Below, piece after piece: positions 10,926 through 25,149 of a stretch of 64,000 nucleotides of DNA. The stretch spans positions 4,154,001-4,218,000 of the forward strand of contig OZ234494.1 of the NCBI GenBank assembly GCA_965153455.1. Reading direction: 5' to 3'. The translations under genes were made by a program, and so were the position numbers. This DNA comes from Sphagnum compactum (Eukaryota). Under the pieces are notes generated by a model. The model did no database searches. It worked only from the letters and a program-made list of their open reading frames with translations, and was not told where the DNA came from. The first letter of the stretch is position 1. Each line of letters starts with the position of its first letter.

Positions 10926-13900
10926 TAAAACTACCCATTGCATTTTAAAGTGGGATCCCAGTCTTAGATTTTGGGAATGTCCAAGGACCTTACTCAACAA
11001 AGAAACGATGGCCCACATTTTTCCATAGCACCTTCCTTACTTTCAAAAGGTCGGGTGTAAAAACTATTTATTCAAACAACGCCTTACACCACAAGGCCCT
11101 AGGGAAATAAATCTTAACACAGAACACCCCAAGGGATACCACCTACATTCTTAAATACATTGAATTGAATTCATTGAATAAGACTTAATTGCGACAAAAT
11201 CAATTCTTTTTTTTTTCATCAGCTAATTGTCATTGGCAGTGCAAACAAATGTGAAGCCCGCCCAAGTATATTTACTATTAATTATTGATTCAATTTATTA
11301 AGTAAAATCTCAAATTTTAATGATGGTTACAAATCACTCTATATGTATTGTATTTCCCAAACTTCTGGACTTCCAAGTTTCCCTCACTACTTCATTTATA
11401 AAAACTATCTATCGGGCCGATCGGATGAGTAACTTCATTTTGTTTGTTGGGAATGAACTCTGTCGCCTGCTACATTTGTCAGATGAGTCCATTTTTGGGA
11501 TGGAATTTGGTCCTTGATTACACACGTTCCTGAAGGATTAAGTGGAACTAAAAGCAATGTCTAATTACAAGGAATATGATCAATTAGAGTGTGATTAATT
11601 AGAGTTTCTCTGGGGGGATTTAGGGTTTGGCATTATTTGTACTCACTCTGTGGCATAATTATGACAAGAATATATTCCTGAGCTCTTTTTGCAGGTGGCA
11701 AAGAAGCCTTTAGCCTTTATGTTGAAAGTTACGTACTTTGCCCAGTTTTGAACAATTGCCCTTCTTCACAAGAGCATAGCAGGCAAGCAGTTTTGGTTTA
11801 GAAAAGGGTGTGTCATCTTTGCGCAAGGGCCATGCTAAATTTAACCTTATCATAGGGTGATGCTTGAATGAAGAATGCTCAAGAGCCCAATGTGGGTAGG
11901 GTAGGGCCATTGTTGCCAAATGAGTAGATGGATTTGATTCACAAAGTGCTTGAACATTAAAGCATGTGCTACTGAACTTGTCTATAATGTTAATTTGTGG
12001 GGTTCTTGGTAAAGACATTTCATCTATGGTTTGATTATATTAGAAATGTACAATGAATTGAGAGAATCATTTTTCTAGTGAACATGTCGAAAAGCAATAA
12101 AGGCTTCTTAGGTGAAGCTAATAATACCATCTGTTAACAAAAATGTGAATGCTCTTTTGATTGAACATTAGCATGTTGTGGAGTTTGACGAATTTATTAT
12201 ATAGCTACCAAACTATTACAAAGAAAATTTGATAAACCTAAATCCTAGGTAGACCCTTAGGTGTCTCGCCATATAGCCAAGGTAGGGGGAAAAATACGGA
12301 GTTAAAAAAAAAATCCTATGTAGACCCTTAGGTGTCTCCTCATATAGCCGAGGTAGCTCCATAAGTAATCTTAGGTATTCTCTAAGTTAAAAAATCCATA
12401 GCTAACTCCTTAAGTAAGCTTTGTGTAATCGCTTAAGATATTCCATAACATAAGTAAGCTCCTAAGTAGACATGTTGATGCATGAATTTCTTTTAAAAAT
12501 CAAAACAAATTGAGTTGAGAAGGAAATTTGAGAATTTTTTTTTGGTTTTTTTCTTTGGCATAGTCTCATCTTGCATTTTGATTGGTGTCTTTAGTTTTAG
12601 GGAAACCCAAGGTTTTGCTCTTGAGTTATATTGTTTTGTGGATAACTTAAAAATATGTAAAATATGAATTTGTGTATCCAATTTTTTTTCACAATGTGAA
12701 AATACAAAAAATGGACATGGAGGTGAATAAGGCTAAGTTATAAAATTGTACTCCAAATTAACGTGGGTCAAGTCACATCTAAATTGGGGTGTATTTTTCA
12801 CATTCATAGATAAAGAAGGAAGATTTATGGAAGTTGTGTTATGGCTTCCACATTGGAAACTGTCAAATGAATGTCCATAAGGACTTCTTGCAAAATATAA
12901 GAAGTGGACAAAAGTGGGTAATTGTTGATGATATATTAGTTTCATCCATTTGGATGATTACATTTCTTTGAAGGTTTATAAATGTGGATATCATCCACTA
13001 CATCATACTTGTGATTCATAAATGCAAACCTTCAAGAAAAACATCTAAGTAGAGATGGGTGCACTTTGGATGTGAATGTGGGTGTTCATAAGAGAAGTTG
13101 AGTTTAGGAAAATGTTGATGCTTTCATATTCAAGTGCACAATATTTGACTTACACTAGAGATTATGGCCTTGAAGGTCAATGTGGATGTTGTTGCCTAAG
13201 TCGAGGGCCAACAAATTTTTGGTTAAATGAAGTGATTTTGGGAGTGATCAACCATTACTCACATTTTCAAGTTATTTAATCATAGTGTGAATCTTTTGAT
13301 TGAATTTAAGAATTCACTTAGAGGGATGAATGGGGACAAATAATTTATGAATTGAAAGTAAATTTCAAGTTTGCACCTATTTTAAGACAACTTACAAGAG
13401 AAATTATTTTATTTTCATATTGACCAAAACATGTTTGGAGATTTGGAATAATTTTCACACAATACAATAATGTGATGCAAGTGTTTATTTTGGCCTATTA
13501 AAATCAATTTAACAACAAAGCAAAGGGCAATTATATTCATATGTGGGAAAATGTTTAGCAATGGTTTGGGTTGAGGCCGCATATATGATAATCTATTTAT
13601 TTGTAGCCTATTCATTTTGATGATTAATCAGCAAGCTCCAACAACTTAAAAAGATTGTAGAATTCATTAATTTAGTCAACTTATCAAAAGGTGTGTAAGC
13701 AGTTGGTTTTCATTCGTTAACTTGGAATGGTGGGAAAAAAGAGTTGATGGGTTGAATATGAATTGATTTTTCAATGAATTAAACATTATTCAGTATCATC
13801 AAGAAACATTAAATTTAGGATTAATGCCAAGTTAACATGCCATTTCATTTTGGTTTGAGGGAAAATTATCCCAAAAACCTTTGGGATTTGTTGCAACATA

Positions 13901-16239
13901 AATTGAGGGCAACCTTGGTAACATTTATGCTACAATAATCCCATGGGTGGAGATGTGAGAGACATAGTGAAAATGATAAGGTAATTTGGAACATGGGTGT
14001 TTTTTTTGTAAAATGTGGCACTTTGGCAATTGAGGACTAGTATAACTTAGATGAGTACATTAGGTCAAAAACATCTTAAAGGAAAAATAAACAAAAATAG
14101 AAAAAAAAACCTTGCTACACCTTTAGTAATGGTTAAGACATTCCTATACTAGCAAATAGTGGCATAATCCATAGAGGCTTCAAGGGAATAATTGTCTTGT
14201 TGAACATAACTAGTGAAATAAATGGAAAGGCAATTACAAGGATGAATATAAATTATCAGTTAAACACAATGATAGGTGAAACAAATCCATCATAACCAAA
14301 TGCAACGCAAAATGAGACAAATTACTTAGTGGGTTTTGCATATACCTTTTTAAACCTACTTCAAAGAAATTACCTACCCTTGAATAGAGGTGAACCTCAA
14401 ATATATACCAAACATTTACATTATGACAAAACAATATATTTGACCAATTTCTAGGTGTTATAATTTGAAAAGACACAAAAGATAACTAGCTAAAGAAAAT
14501 TGAAAATATAATAAAGCGAATTTAGTTGCTATTTTAAACTACAAATGAAGACATTATTCCACAATAATAGAAGTTTGTTTTTCATTTATAATGGTGAAGG
14601 GGTTATGAAAATATTACACATAAACCATTTAAAATCCAAATTAAATATTAATTTTTTATTTGACTTGTGACAATTTTTAATCCCATGGTGCAATTGTTTG
14701 ATTTTTTTAATAGTGAATTTTCACCATTTTGTGAAATATATTTTGAAAAAGAAATATTGTGTTTCAGACTCCATGTTTTTGAAGAAAAATTTCCAAAAAT
14801 GATTTTTTTTTAATTTGCCAAAATTTGCCTACAATATGAATGGGTGTTTAAGATTTTCTATTTTCATAATTTAAATATTGCCAAATTTGGTTAAGTATAC
14901 TTATAGATGCTTGTTACTTGAGGAATATCACAAAATTGAAAAAAAGGAACACTAATACAACTTGGTTTTTCCAATTTGGAATTAAATATGGGATTAAATC
15001 AACTAAAATTTGCTATATGGGGTCATGAAAGATTTTATGTTTTATGGTTAGGTCTTATTAACAAATAAAAGTGGACACACAACACATACCAAAGGGTTTC
15101 ACATTTTGTTAACAATGTAGTCAACCAAACTACTACAATGTTGGCGGAATGTGAAATAATTTGGTTAGCATGGAACAAAGGGAATTAGTATCCACTTGTG
15201 GAAATTGGAACCTCATTTCAGGTTGTTATGACTCATGAGCAACAACAAAAACATTTTATGATAACAATATATCATTGCATCACATTTCAAGGTTGCATTT
15301 GGAGAATTTTGTTGTGGGATGCATTGCTTCTCTTTATTTGGCATCAATTCCACAAGCATCAAGCAAGGTTAAATTGTAAACAACATAGATACATAACCAC
15401 CCATATTGGTTAGTTATTATAACAAGTTAGTGGTTTGTGAAAAAGATTTTCATATTTTGTGTGTTTGTGATGCAATAAGTTCTTACAAACTTCTATGGGG
15501 AAAATAATAGGAAAATATTTCATAATATTGAAAACCTTCAAAAGATGGTTATTCCTAAACTTAAAGTTTGTAAGAAACTTTGAATTGTGACTTTATTGAA
15601 AAGCATCGGACCAAGATTTTGAACCATTTCAAAGCTTCAAATTGACGTGATAGATTGTCAATCTACCCATTGTTGAAACAACAATAATTGGATTTTATCA
15701 TCATTTATTTGTGGAATTCATGCATGAACCAACCAATTTAGAGATTTCTTGAATGCATTTATGTTATTGAGATTGAGACATGATACTGAGCAAACAAAAG
15801 TGACAATGGGACATTACAATGTAAATAATTGTCTAGGGATTCATGGGAGGAGGCAGAATAATCTTGTTCAACTTATAGTGCACAAACTTTGATTTGTAAT
15901 TTGCAATGTTACACCCTTCAATGTTTTTTCTTCTTTATTTTTTGTCATAATTATTGCATTTTTTATTGGATATGTTCTACACCCTTGCCAAGTGTTTTCT
16001 TAGCCGCAAACTTTGCATACAAATCACTATCACTCACCTCTCATAGATGCATATAATTTAATTTATCTAACAATGTTAATGTCTTACTTCCCACTCTCCC
16101 TCTTTCAAGTTCCTTTTTTTCTTTCCCACCTTTTGTCTTCCTCACTTTTCCCCCTTCTTCCTTCTATCCCCTTTCCTCATTTGAACTATAGCCCCCCTTT
16201 TCTTCTTAGTTTTCTTTCATCTTTGTTCAACTATTATCT

Positions 16240-16780
16240 TATATTTGAAAATGGAAGAGTTGTGTTTATTTTACCATCTAGAGATTTAAAAAGACATAGT
16301 CAATTGAAGAGTCAATATTATAAGGATTTACAAAGGTTCCAAAAAAATTGATTTCTTTTGTTTCTCTTCGAGTTATTTATTTTAGATTTGAGAGTTGAAG
16401 AGTTGTGTCTCCTTAAACATAGGTAGAGTTCTAGAATGACACATGGCAATTGAAAAATCTATAGTTGCAAGGATTTATAGACCTTCCATCAAGGTTAATA
16501 AATTTTTTTTTGAATTTTATTCAAGCTATTTGTTTTGGATGTGAGAATTGAAGAGTTGTACAATCTTTTAAACATAGGTTGAGTTCTAAAAATAGGCATG
16601 GCAAGTAAGGAATCAATAATTGTAAAGATTTATGGAGCTTATAAGGGAAGTTTATACAATTTTCTTTCATTTTGTTTAAGCAATTTATGTTAGATATAGG
16701 AATTGAAGAGTTGTGTTTCATTAATCACCTTAAATCTCAAAGATACACGGAAATTGAAGACTCATTAGTTGGTTCAAAGG
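16240..16780 (+). pseudogene. Degenerate leucine-rich-repeat coding fragment (about 150-bp period x4); mirror at about 58980-59500 (-)
   Basis: GAAGAGTTGT recurs near 16253, 16398, 16550 and 16705. Partial translations YKDLQRF, SCKDL*TF, NCKDLWSL, GIEELC and LLFLLELFILDLRVEELCLFKHL fit plant LRR periodicity. Many stops and frameshifts. Confidence 0.45.
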
Positions 16781-18889
16781 GAGGTTGGTAGAGGGGTAGG
16801 CATGTAGGCCTTCAACAAACATTATATCTTAATGATTTTATAGTTTAATGCTTTAAAGCAAAAGAAAATTACATTTCACATAGTTTGGAAAATAATTTAG
16901 GAATAATGTAAGCAATCCCTAATTAACTATTTATCTAGTTCTTATATAATCTTGAAAATAATTATTTGGTTAAATAGTGGTAAAATTTATCAAGGTGGTT
17001 TTTTTCCCCTTTCAAATTTTTAATGTTGCATTATAAGTGGGATTTAACATTAAATGGAAATATGTTTGTAGAACCTATTCAAAGTGTGAAAAATGCCCAC
17101 CTCAAGCCCCTTCTCCCCCCTGCCCCTTTAAAATCCAAGTGGAAATGTGACAAAAAAATTTCAATGTTTTAAATTGGTGATCTCCCCCTCCCCCCCCCCC
17201 CCCAAATAAAGGAAATATGCAACACAATAATCCTTTTTCACTTTTATTTTTTGCATGTGTGAAATTTGACATTTAAAAACTTTGAATGTGGTTATATGCA
17301 AATTTGGGTTATACAAAGGCACACAAGTGATTGAAACCTACAAATCCCATGGTTAACAATGGGATATTACTTTAGTAAACAAGTGCCCTTTGCATTCCAC
17401 TTTCTTCAATGCTTAATTCTTTGACCATGGTTATTAATTATCAATATCTTATTATCCATGGACATTAGCAGGTCCTTGTGCCATTCACGTAAGTATATTA
17501 AACCTCATATTATTTTGGTTGAAATGGGCTTAACTTCAAAATTCTTATGAAAAAACTATAGCTAGATCAGGAAAAGAAAAAGAAAAAGTTATGTCCTTAC
17601 GTCTTTTTATCATACTATAAAAGATGCCATAACCTATGAAAAAATGTTTTTTTTTAACACAAAACTCTTAAAGGCTTTGAGACATACAACTTTCTAGAAA
17701 CCCATAAAAGTTGTTGCAACCTATTAAGATATAGAATATAAAAAGAGATTATAAAACAAACCTTTCCAACAGTCGCATAGATAAAACTTAAAAGAAACAC
17801 AATCATGAAAAAATTGTTCAATTTTTGGAGCCAAAATGTTTTGTTAGTCAAAAACTTCATGCACATTGTTTCGTTGAAAGCTTTTTGATAATACAAAAAA
17901 CAACATAGAAAGCCCCATGTGTTTGGGAGGGTTACAATTTCAGATGGTGTTGGATGGTCTTTTGATTGTTGTCCAAAGCATTGTTAATTCCTTGACTAAT
18001 TATACAAGAATATAATATCTAAAGGTGAACTTGTGAAAGTCCTACCCCTTGCTCCACCTTGGCAAATCCAAGATTTATGGTACTCACCTTCTATTTTGAC
18101 CCAATAAAAAAATAAGGTACTTGGGCCCACCTCCACCATGGCACAAAAAAGTGGCCAAGGTTATTTTTCAAAATCCCAACTTGTTACATTTATGAAAATT
18201 GATGATTTTCTTTCTGGTATCTAAGGTTTTTTGAGCTTTTGCTTGAGCATTATAGAGGAGGCATGAATTGACTTGATCAACAAACCACATTGTTGCACAC
18301 TTTTTCTCCCTTTGGATCTTTTCTTGAATGCTACCTTGAAATGTCATGCGCCAAAGGATGATGACTTATGTCAATGGAAACTCTTTACTCAAGTATGGCA
18401 TTTGTAAATGAGTTCAACATAGATGAAAGTGTCATCTAGACAAGTTTTCCAAACTACAAATTTCTTTGTTTATCCCTTTCATGAAACTTTATGTACAAGT
18501 TTTGGATGGTCTACTATGTTTTTTTCTTCCTTCTTGTCATTGATCTCAAAGTGTTATATATATATATATATGCAATTGTCATAGGTATTATTTGTGTTTA
18601 CTTGTTCTTGGCATTTGGCTTCTAATCTTGTTAGTCTCCAATTTGATCAATTGCAAGCGAACCAACTTTTTAAGTTGTTTTCAAATTGGGCTAACTTCCT
18701 TTCACATAATTTTTATTTCATATTCTTGTTTGCTAACACTGCATGCTTTCTTCTCTTCATACATCCCTTCTTGTTGCTCTCACAATTATTATATTTTTCA
18801 CAATTCTTTATTATAGTTATTTTCATGGAAATCTCAACTCTAGAGGTTAATTATGTTAGTGTGTAGCATGAACCGAGTGTTAATGGCTT

Positions 18890-19480
18890 ATATGTGGTGT
18901 CCCTTTGACCTTGGAGGATATGGTAGCAATAATATCATTGCGAATGTCCAAGGTAAAAGCCACAATTATGGATTTTTTTTTATCAAGTACTAGAGTTTTC
19001 ATTGCATTTTGTAGATGTTGGTTACAAATTGACCACCTTGATGAATCGATTTTTGTTAGTAAAAATATTTGGAGAAAGCTATTATAACATTTTTGTGAGT
19101 TGGGAATGAGGCCTTTCTTCAACCTTTTGAATTATCAAATAAAGAATTTGGATTATAATATTTGGAATAGTGAACAACATAGTGAACATTGCGACATTAT
19201 CTCGATATTATTCACTTGTACCTAACAACTAATGCAAAGTTTAACTATTTATCGAAGGACATCCAAAATTGGTCAAATTAGGTAAAGTTAGACATTAATT
19301 GCACAGGTCAAAGGTGCAAAAAGACAAGATTACTTGTTGATTGGCCATATGATTTAATGATTGGATGTTCTAAACCTTTTCACCTTACAAGTGCATGAAA
19401 GGTAGTTTCAAAGTTAATAGAAGAATTTGTTGTTGAATTTGAAAATGAAGTTGAACTTGAGGAATTTGCAAATCTTTGTG
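18890..19480 (+). pseudogene. Highly decayed hAT transposase C-terminal (dimerisation) fragment; mirror at about 56250-56830 (-)
   Basis: FFLSSTRVFIAFCRCWLQIDHLDESIFVSKN, then DWPYDLMIGCSKP...EFENEVELEEF, resembles the ERIFS...RRCRLQ.DNLDKLIFVSKNWP.D..IGC end of seed-free-plant hAT transposases (recalled consensus). Confidence 0.4.
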
Positions 19481-20489
19481 ATGTTTTCTTTGTCAAAAGA
19501 AGTGCAAAGTACAACTTGTTAAAAGCATTTATAGTTGGGCCCCTTAACATTTGAAGCAATTTAAACATTTGTTGCATGCCTTTCCTTTTGACATTTGAAA
19601 TGTGTGCATATTTAGGGGTGGTTGCAAGATAGGGTGACTCAGTTTTTGCATCACATTGTAGTTTTTTGTAGAGTATCATGCATTGACATGTTGTTAACAT
19701 GCCATAAAACAAACAATATACCAAATTTGTGACTATATTTAGATTTCCAACATGAATTAAAAAACATATATATATATATATCAAATAAAAAGTTATGGAT
19801 TTTTGAATGACCTAAAATGGGCCTTATTTTCAAATGTTGATATCATAATCATTTTTGGGTGGATTTCAATTTATAATATCCTTACATTTATATATTATTT
19901 ATTTATTTATTTATTCACATTGATTTTTTAGTTCATTAACTAATGATATCATAATAGATTATAATTTTGATATTACACTATTAGAAACTACATCCAAGGT
20001 CACTATACATTCCATAAATTTTCATTGTATTGCTAGAAAATGACTAAAGTCAATTAGATCATAAGTATAATGGACTAAGGTGTGGTTCAAATCATGTGGC
20101 AACTTGATCACCCAAAAACTATATAACACCTTATTGGTGGCTACTCATTGAGTTTTAAAAAAAAATTATACACCCACTTGGTATAGTGGTTTGAACCATG
20201 GATGCAATCGTTTTCTCCACGAGCATTTTAGTTTAATGGTTTAATCCACTATGTTTTGGTGGTTAATCCATTGTGTTTAGTAGTGTGATTTGTCTAGTGG
20301 TTTAGTGGTATGGTATCGTATGAGTGGTTTCCATTTTATGATCCAAATTTTAATTCAAGCAAAGTTTTGCATCATGTTAATGTAAGGTTAGCCTAGGTCA
20401 ACCTAGGTCAAAGGCCATCTTGGGCTATTCACGGTAGGTTTATGGGTGACTAAATCTAGAGTCGTTCTTTGGTCATCATACACCCTATG

Positions 20490-20830
20490 GTGATTAAAAT
20501 GTCTTTGATTGCCATAGGAGTTTAGTTGCCAAAATTTCAATCACCACATGATTTTGTCACTAAGTTTTCAATCACCACAAGTTTTTGTCATTAGGCTTTT
20601 GGTCACCACATGTTTTAATTGCCATGTTTTCGATTGCCATAAGTTTCCATTGCCACACTTTCAATTACCACAGGATTCTGTTGCCACATTTTTAGTCGCT
20701 CACTTTTTGGTTGCTAATTTTTTAGTTGTCACATTTTCAATTGCCAAATTTTGGATCGCTAGCTTTTCCATCACCAACTACCATTTTGGGTTGCCATTCT
20801 CTTTGGCTACCAACATTATCAGATGTCAAA
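20490..20830 (+). repeat. Degenerate minisatellite (TTTT[A/G]GT[T/C][G/A]CCAC-like, about 20-bp units); mirror at about 54860-55200
   Basis: Repeated ttttagttgcca, ttttggtcaccac, ttttcaatcaccac and tttccattgccac units. Confidence 0.75.
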
Positions 20831-21619
20831 CAATGACTCCTTTGGTGATGGACAACAAAGGTTGTTCGAGTGTTTTTGTCCAATGTTTTATGGTTGTTTC
20901 AAAAAAAATTTGGTCCAAAATGATTAAAGAATCAAAAGATTTTTTTACATTCAAAAATAATTTCAACAAATATATATATAATGTAGTTTGGGTATAATAT
21001 AAGTCCCCACAATTGAAAAAAATGAAAACCAAAAACAAAGTCTAAAGAATGAATGGTTTGTATTTGCATTAAAATTTTTATTTCAAATGAATTTATATTG
21101 ATTCTTTTTCATTGCCTAATGTCTATCAATTATTATGAGATTGGTTATTGAAGCATATTATCAATGGAAAGTCCAATTAAATATAATTGAAAAATTTAGG
21201 TGACGGATGGGCTAAATTTGTGTAAATGATCATTGTATCTTATATTTACAAAAAAGATATCATCAATCTAGAACATAGATCCACAAATTTCAAATGTGTA
21301 AAAAAATATTCACAAATTTCAAATATGATTACACATGACAATGTGACTCCTTAGCAAAATTGGGTTTCATAAAAGCCGCAAGTCCAAAACATGTCAATTT
21401 TGAAAGATCATGCAAATTACATCAAATTTCATATGCAACAATTACAAACTATTTATGGCTGCTTTTGAGAACATTCATAAGGTGTAATCCAATTATATGG
21501 AGGCCCAATCAATGTGCGCACACAATCTATTGAACAATTTTTCATGCCTCTAGATTTGGCTTATACATGTCATGGATCACCTTCTTAAATGACATCTTGG
21601 TTGAATTGTCCACAAAATA

Positions 21620-22860
21620 TTCTACATCCCAATCTTCACCCCATTCTTCACCTTATATGACATTTGCGCTTGCCGATTGAATACACTTCAGACTTCAAAG
21701 TTGTTTGGTGTTGTTTGGCCATTTGTCGAAAAGAATTTGTAGTTCCGATTTTCTGTAAACAATTTTTTTTTTGGGGCCACCCACCAACACACTTTCCTTG
21801 TGTTGGTGGCATCTTACTCCTTGGTAAACCCATATAATGATGGTGTCACATTTTGCAAACAATCGACTTCACCCCAATTGCAAATGCTTCTGTACACAAC
21901 ATTTAGTTTGTTTGATAGAAATGCAACATATTGTTATCCTTGAACGAGTCGTGCAAAATTCCAAAATGATGTATTGCATTCATAATGTTTATGAATGCCC
22001 ATGCCAACTTCGTACAATTTTTCTTAAAGGCAACAAGTCATGTTCACCCTTCCATATTTGGCCCCCTTGCTACAATAAGGTTCAATTATCCATAATGGGG
22101 GAGTAGTTTGTGTTGTAATCCAACATTTCTCGAAGAGTTCCCTCGTTTTGGACCATAGTGTGTAAGCTTCCATGATTTTGCATGGGTGGTGAGGAGTTTA
22201 ATGACACCTAGATGTTCACATGGGTGGCCAAAGCTTCCACCAAACGTTGCTTATGCACTTTTCACTTATCATCTATCTTAAGTGTCTTCCCCACCAACTC
22301 AATGGTGATTGGGAAATGATCAAACTTTTTGATTCACACCTCACGCACCACACCATAACCACCTTGATTGTCTCCACTTAACAATGGGAACACATTTGCT
22401 ATGCTTGGAATCCACAAGACAACATAATTTCCAATTTGGGCAAGAAGGTTTCGAGCGCCTTCTCCCATCCATGGTGGTAACTTCACCTTCTTCAAAAAAC
22501 ATCTTTGAGAATTTGGCCCACCATGAATTTTTTTCACACAAGTTTGCCACCATTGTGGTCCAATGTGACTTGTCCTTTTATGGATAAAGGATTTCACACC
22601 ATTGCAATAAGTTTGTAACTACATTTGAAATCTTGCATTCAAACCACATAAAAAACCCTTAAAAGTTTAAGCTTGTTGTATTGCAAGGAACTTATTCTCC
22701 ATGACATGTTTGTACTTCTCCTGGTCAATTATTTTCTTGCTCACAAAAGCACCATCAAGGTATGCCATTGTGTGATCCTTGAAAAAACTCATGATAATTT
22801 CCTAGAATTGCCATGTGTTGATTAATTTAGGGTCATTTTCCTCAAGCCTTTGATGCTTTC
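21620..22860 (-). pseudogene. Protein kinase-like pseudogene (left-arm copy)
   Basis: Mirror of 52780-54030. Gly-rich loop QGGYGVVR at about 22340-22366, WWV motif near 21780. Stops and frameshifts. Confidence 0.7.
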
Positions 22861-25076
22861 AGGATTATGTCAATGAAGTGTTTTCCCCATTGGACATTTT
22901 TGGAAACCCTTGCTTATGCATGGTTGAAGGTGAGCCGTTCAAAGGTTTGTAGGGATAACTGTCAGATGATGTGTGAGATAAAGGGTTTGGGGGTTTTTTG
23001 GTCAAATTGTCCCTTGGATGACATTGTCGAAATCTAAGATGCCTAAAAAACCCAAAGATTTTCCAAGCACTAATTGTTATAAACAATTAAAAATTTGAAA
23101 TATCAAAGTTTAAGGTGTCCTAAGATTTTCACAAAATGCAAAAAAGGTCACGTTTAGCCATGGACTTGACCACTTATACTCACATAGGGTTCCACGCAAT
23201 GGTTATAAGTGGGCATACTCACAATTAGGGTACCCAAAAGGATGGTTTAATGAAAAAGGATTATAAAGGACTATTTTGAATTTTTATTACATTTATTATT
23301 TTATGATTATAGTGGATTGGTATATGACTATAATTAGAATGATGTCATGTTAATCTAATAAAATATATTAATCATAATATAGATGTCCTTTTGAATCTTT
23401 TTAAATAATTTGAATCTTTGTTTTAATTATAATTTTCATTTTAAAGGAATCAAAAGGAATGTATTAAATAATGCAATTGATTCCAATTTTGTTTCATGAA
23501 TAAGTAATGCATACGTCTATGTTTGGCAATGTTCATATAATGCATTTGATATAAGAATTTTGAAAGCTATAGAATCCATTCTAAAATGGTAACAAGGAAA
23601 ATTATTCCTTTTTTTCCATTTGGTTTATTTTTTGTATTCACTAAGCTTAGAATTTGTGACCCCAAGTGTCAACAAAATGTGTAGGAAATTTTCATGCAAT
23701 AAAACATGTTAAATTATATATGAAAGCTTATGTATTCATTTTTTGCATTTTTGGTCTTTTACCAAAATATTTATGCATACGCATGTGAAAAATCACCACC
23801 ACCATGAAAATTATCATAATTTGAATTATCCAATATCTCTCATATTAATTTTTTCAATTTAGACTTCATATTTGGAAGATAGGAAAAATAAAGTCCTTGA
23901 GTCTTGTGGTCGAAAAGTGGTACCTTAATTGTGAATATGCCCAAGTGTGCAACCAAAAACACAAAACCCAAATGGGAAAAGAAGCATTCAAAAATGAACC
24001 CAATAGTTGCATTTTAAAACTCATATACCTTTAAGTCCCCTTGAAAACTTGGTCGTCAATTTTTCCTCACTTTCTTTTCGAAATGTATAATTTTGATTAT
24101 TTTTGACAATTGGTGCATTGCACTTTGAGGAAAGGGGGGATCCATGCACTATTTTTTGTTGTTGTTGCGATTCCATAGTTTGTTGCAAAATGAATCATGT
24201 TGAACAATCAAGTTGAAGGAAAGATAATTGAGTAAGTTTATTCACACACTAATTTTGAGGACAATCACGTTTAGGATGACCACACCATTGTGACTTGGGA
24301 TTATGAGGGGGTAGATGTTATATATTTCCCAAGCCACATAGAAGGAGAATATCATGTGGACAACCTTCGATTACCAAAGGACTTGTTGTACAAGGACATC
24401 CAATTAACATTGTATGTCAACATGGAGAATATAATGGATAGGGAACGTGTGTTTATAGCTTGGGATCACAATGTTATGAGCATCAAATATCTTCCATGTG
24501 TGTTTGAAATTGTATATGTTTTAGATAATTCAAATTTGCTTGAGGACTTGCCATATGAAAACATCTTGATGAAGTTTCTTGTTTATGACACACAAGACTA
24601 CTTTGACACAATATGACATTTGTTAATTTTGTTACGAATTGATGAAAAAAAACAAGTGACTTTGCCATGAGAGGTTTTGTCTAAAAATAATATTTTTATG
24701 AAATATTACAAAAAATCTGATCGTGCCAACACTTCCCCATTCCCCTTATTTCTTTTCAATCATACCACCAATATTGGTTGTATTACCCGAATCAACAACA
24801 CTAAATATTGTGTATTTTGATGTTTCTAATCATTGCATTTAAAAAAAATTCAAGAATGTCACACTAGTTCCTTTCCTTGAACTTTTTGACACAAATTTGA
24901 AACATTATTTGAGAATTTTTTTTAAATTTTTTTCCTAAGGTAATTTGGAAGTCATTATATTTATAGGTTTTTATTATGAAATTAATTGATTAAATATAAT
25001 TTAGTTATGAATTTCTAAAGTTTAAGCTATTAATTTTGAAAGGGCCATTTTAATTAGGGCTTGCAATTGATAAACA

Positions 25077-25078
<2 letters not shown>

Positions 25079-25146
<68 letters not shown>
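25079..25146. repeat. (AT)n microsatellite
   Basis: About 34 uninterrupted AT units. Other (TA)n tracts lie at about 7196-7221, 40202-40227 and 54655-54703. Confidence 0.95.

Positions 25147-25149
<3 letters not shown>

Noticed and set aside
12240-12480. Repeated TAGACCCTTAGGTGTCTC..CATATAGCC just outside the left arm
   Set aside because: Local degenerate tandem duplication with no counterpart at the right end, so not a terminal structure of the duplication.
15150-15480. Possible SWIM zinc-finger (CxC...CKH) relic
   Set aside because: Requires several assumed frameshifts and the cysteine pattern is incomplete.
20490-20830. CRISPR-like appearance of short repeated units (also 35820-36110)
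   Set aside because: Units are degenerate and adjacent, without constant repeats and unique spacers. Eukaryotic context and no cas genes.
24290-24616. 108-aa ORF in the left-arm-specific block
   Set aside because: Non-ATG start, in-frame stop just upstream and no recognisable domain, so not called as a gene.
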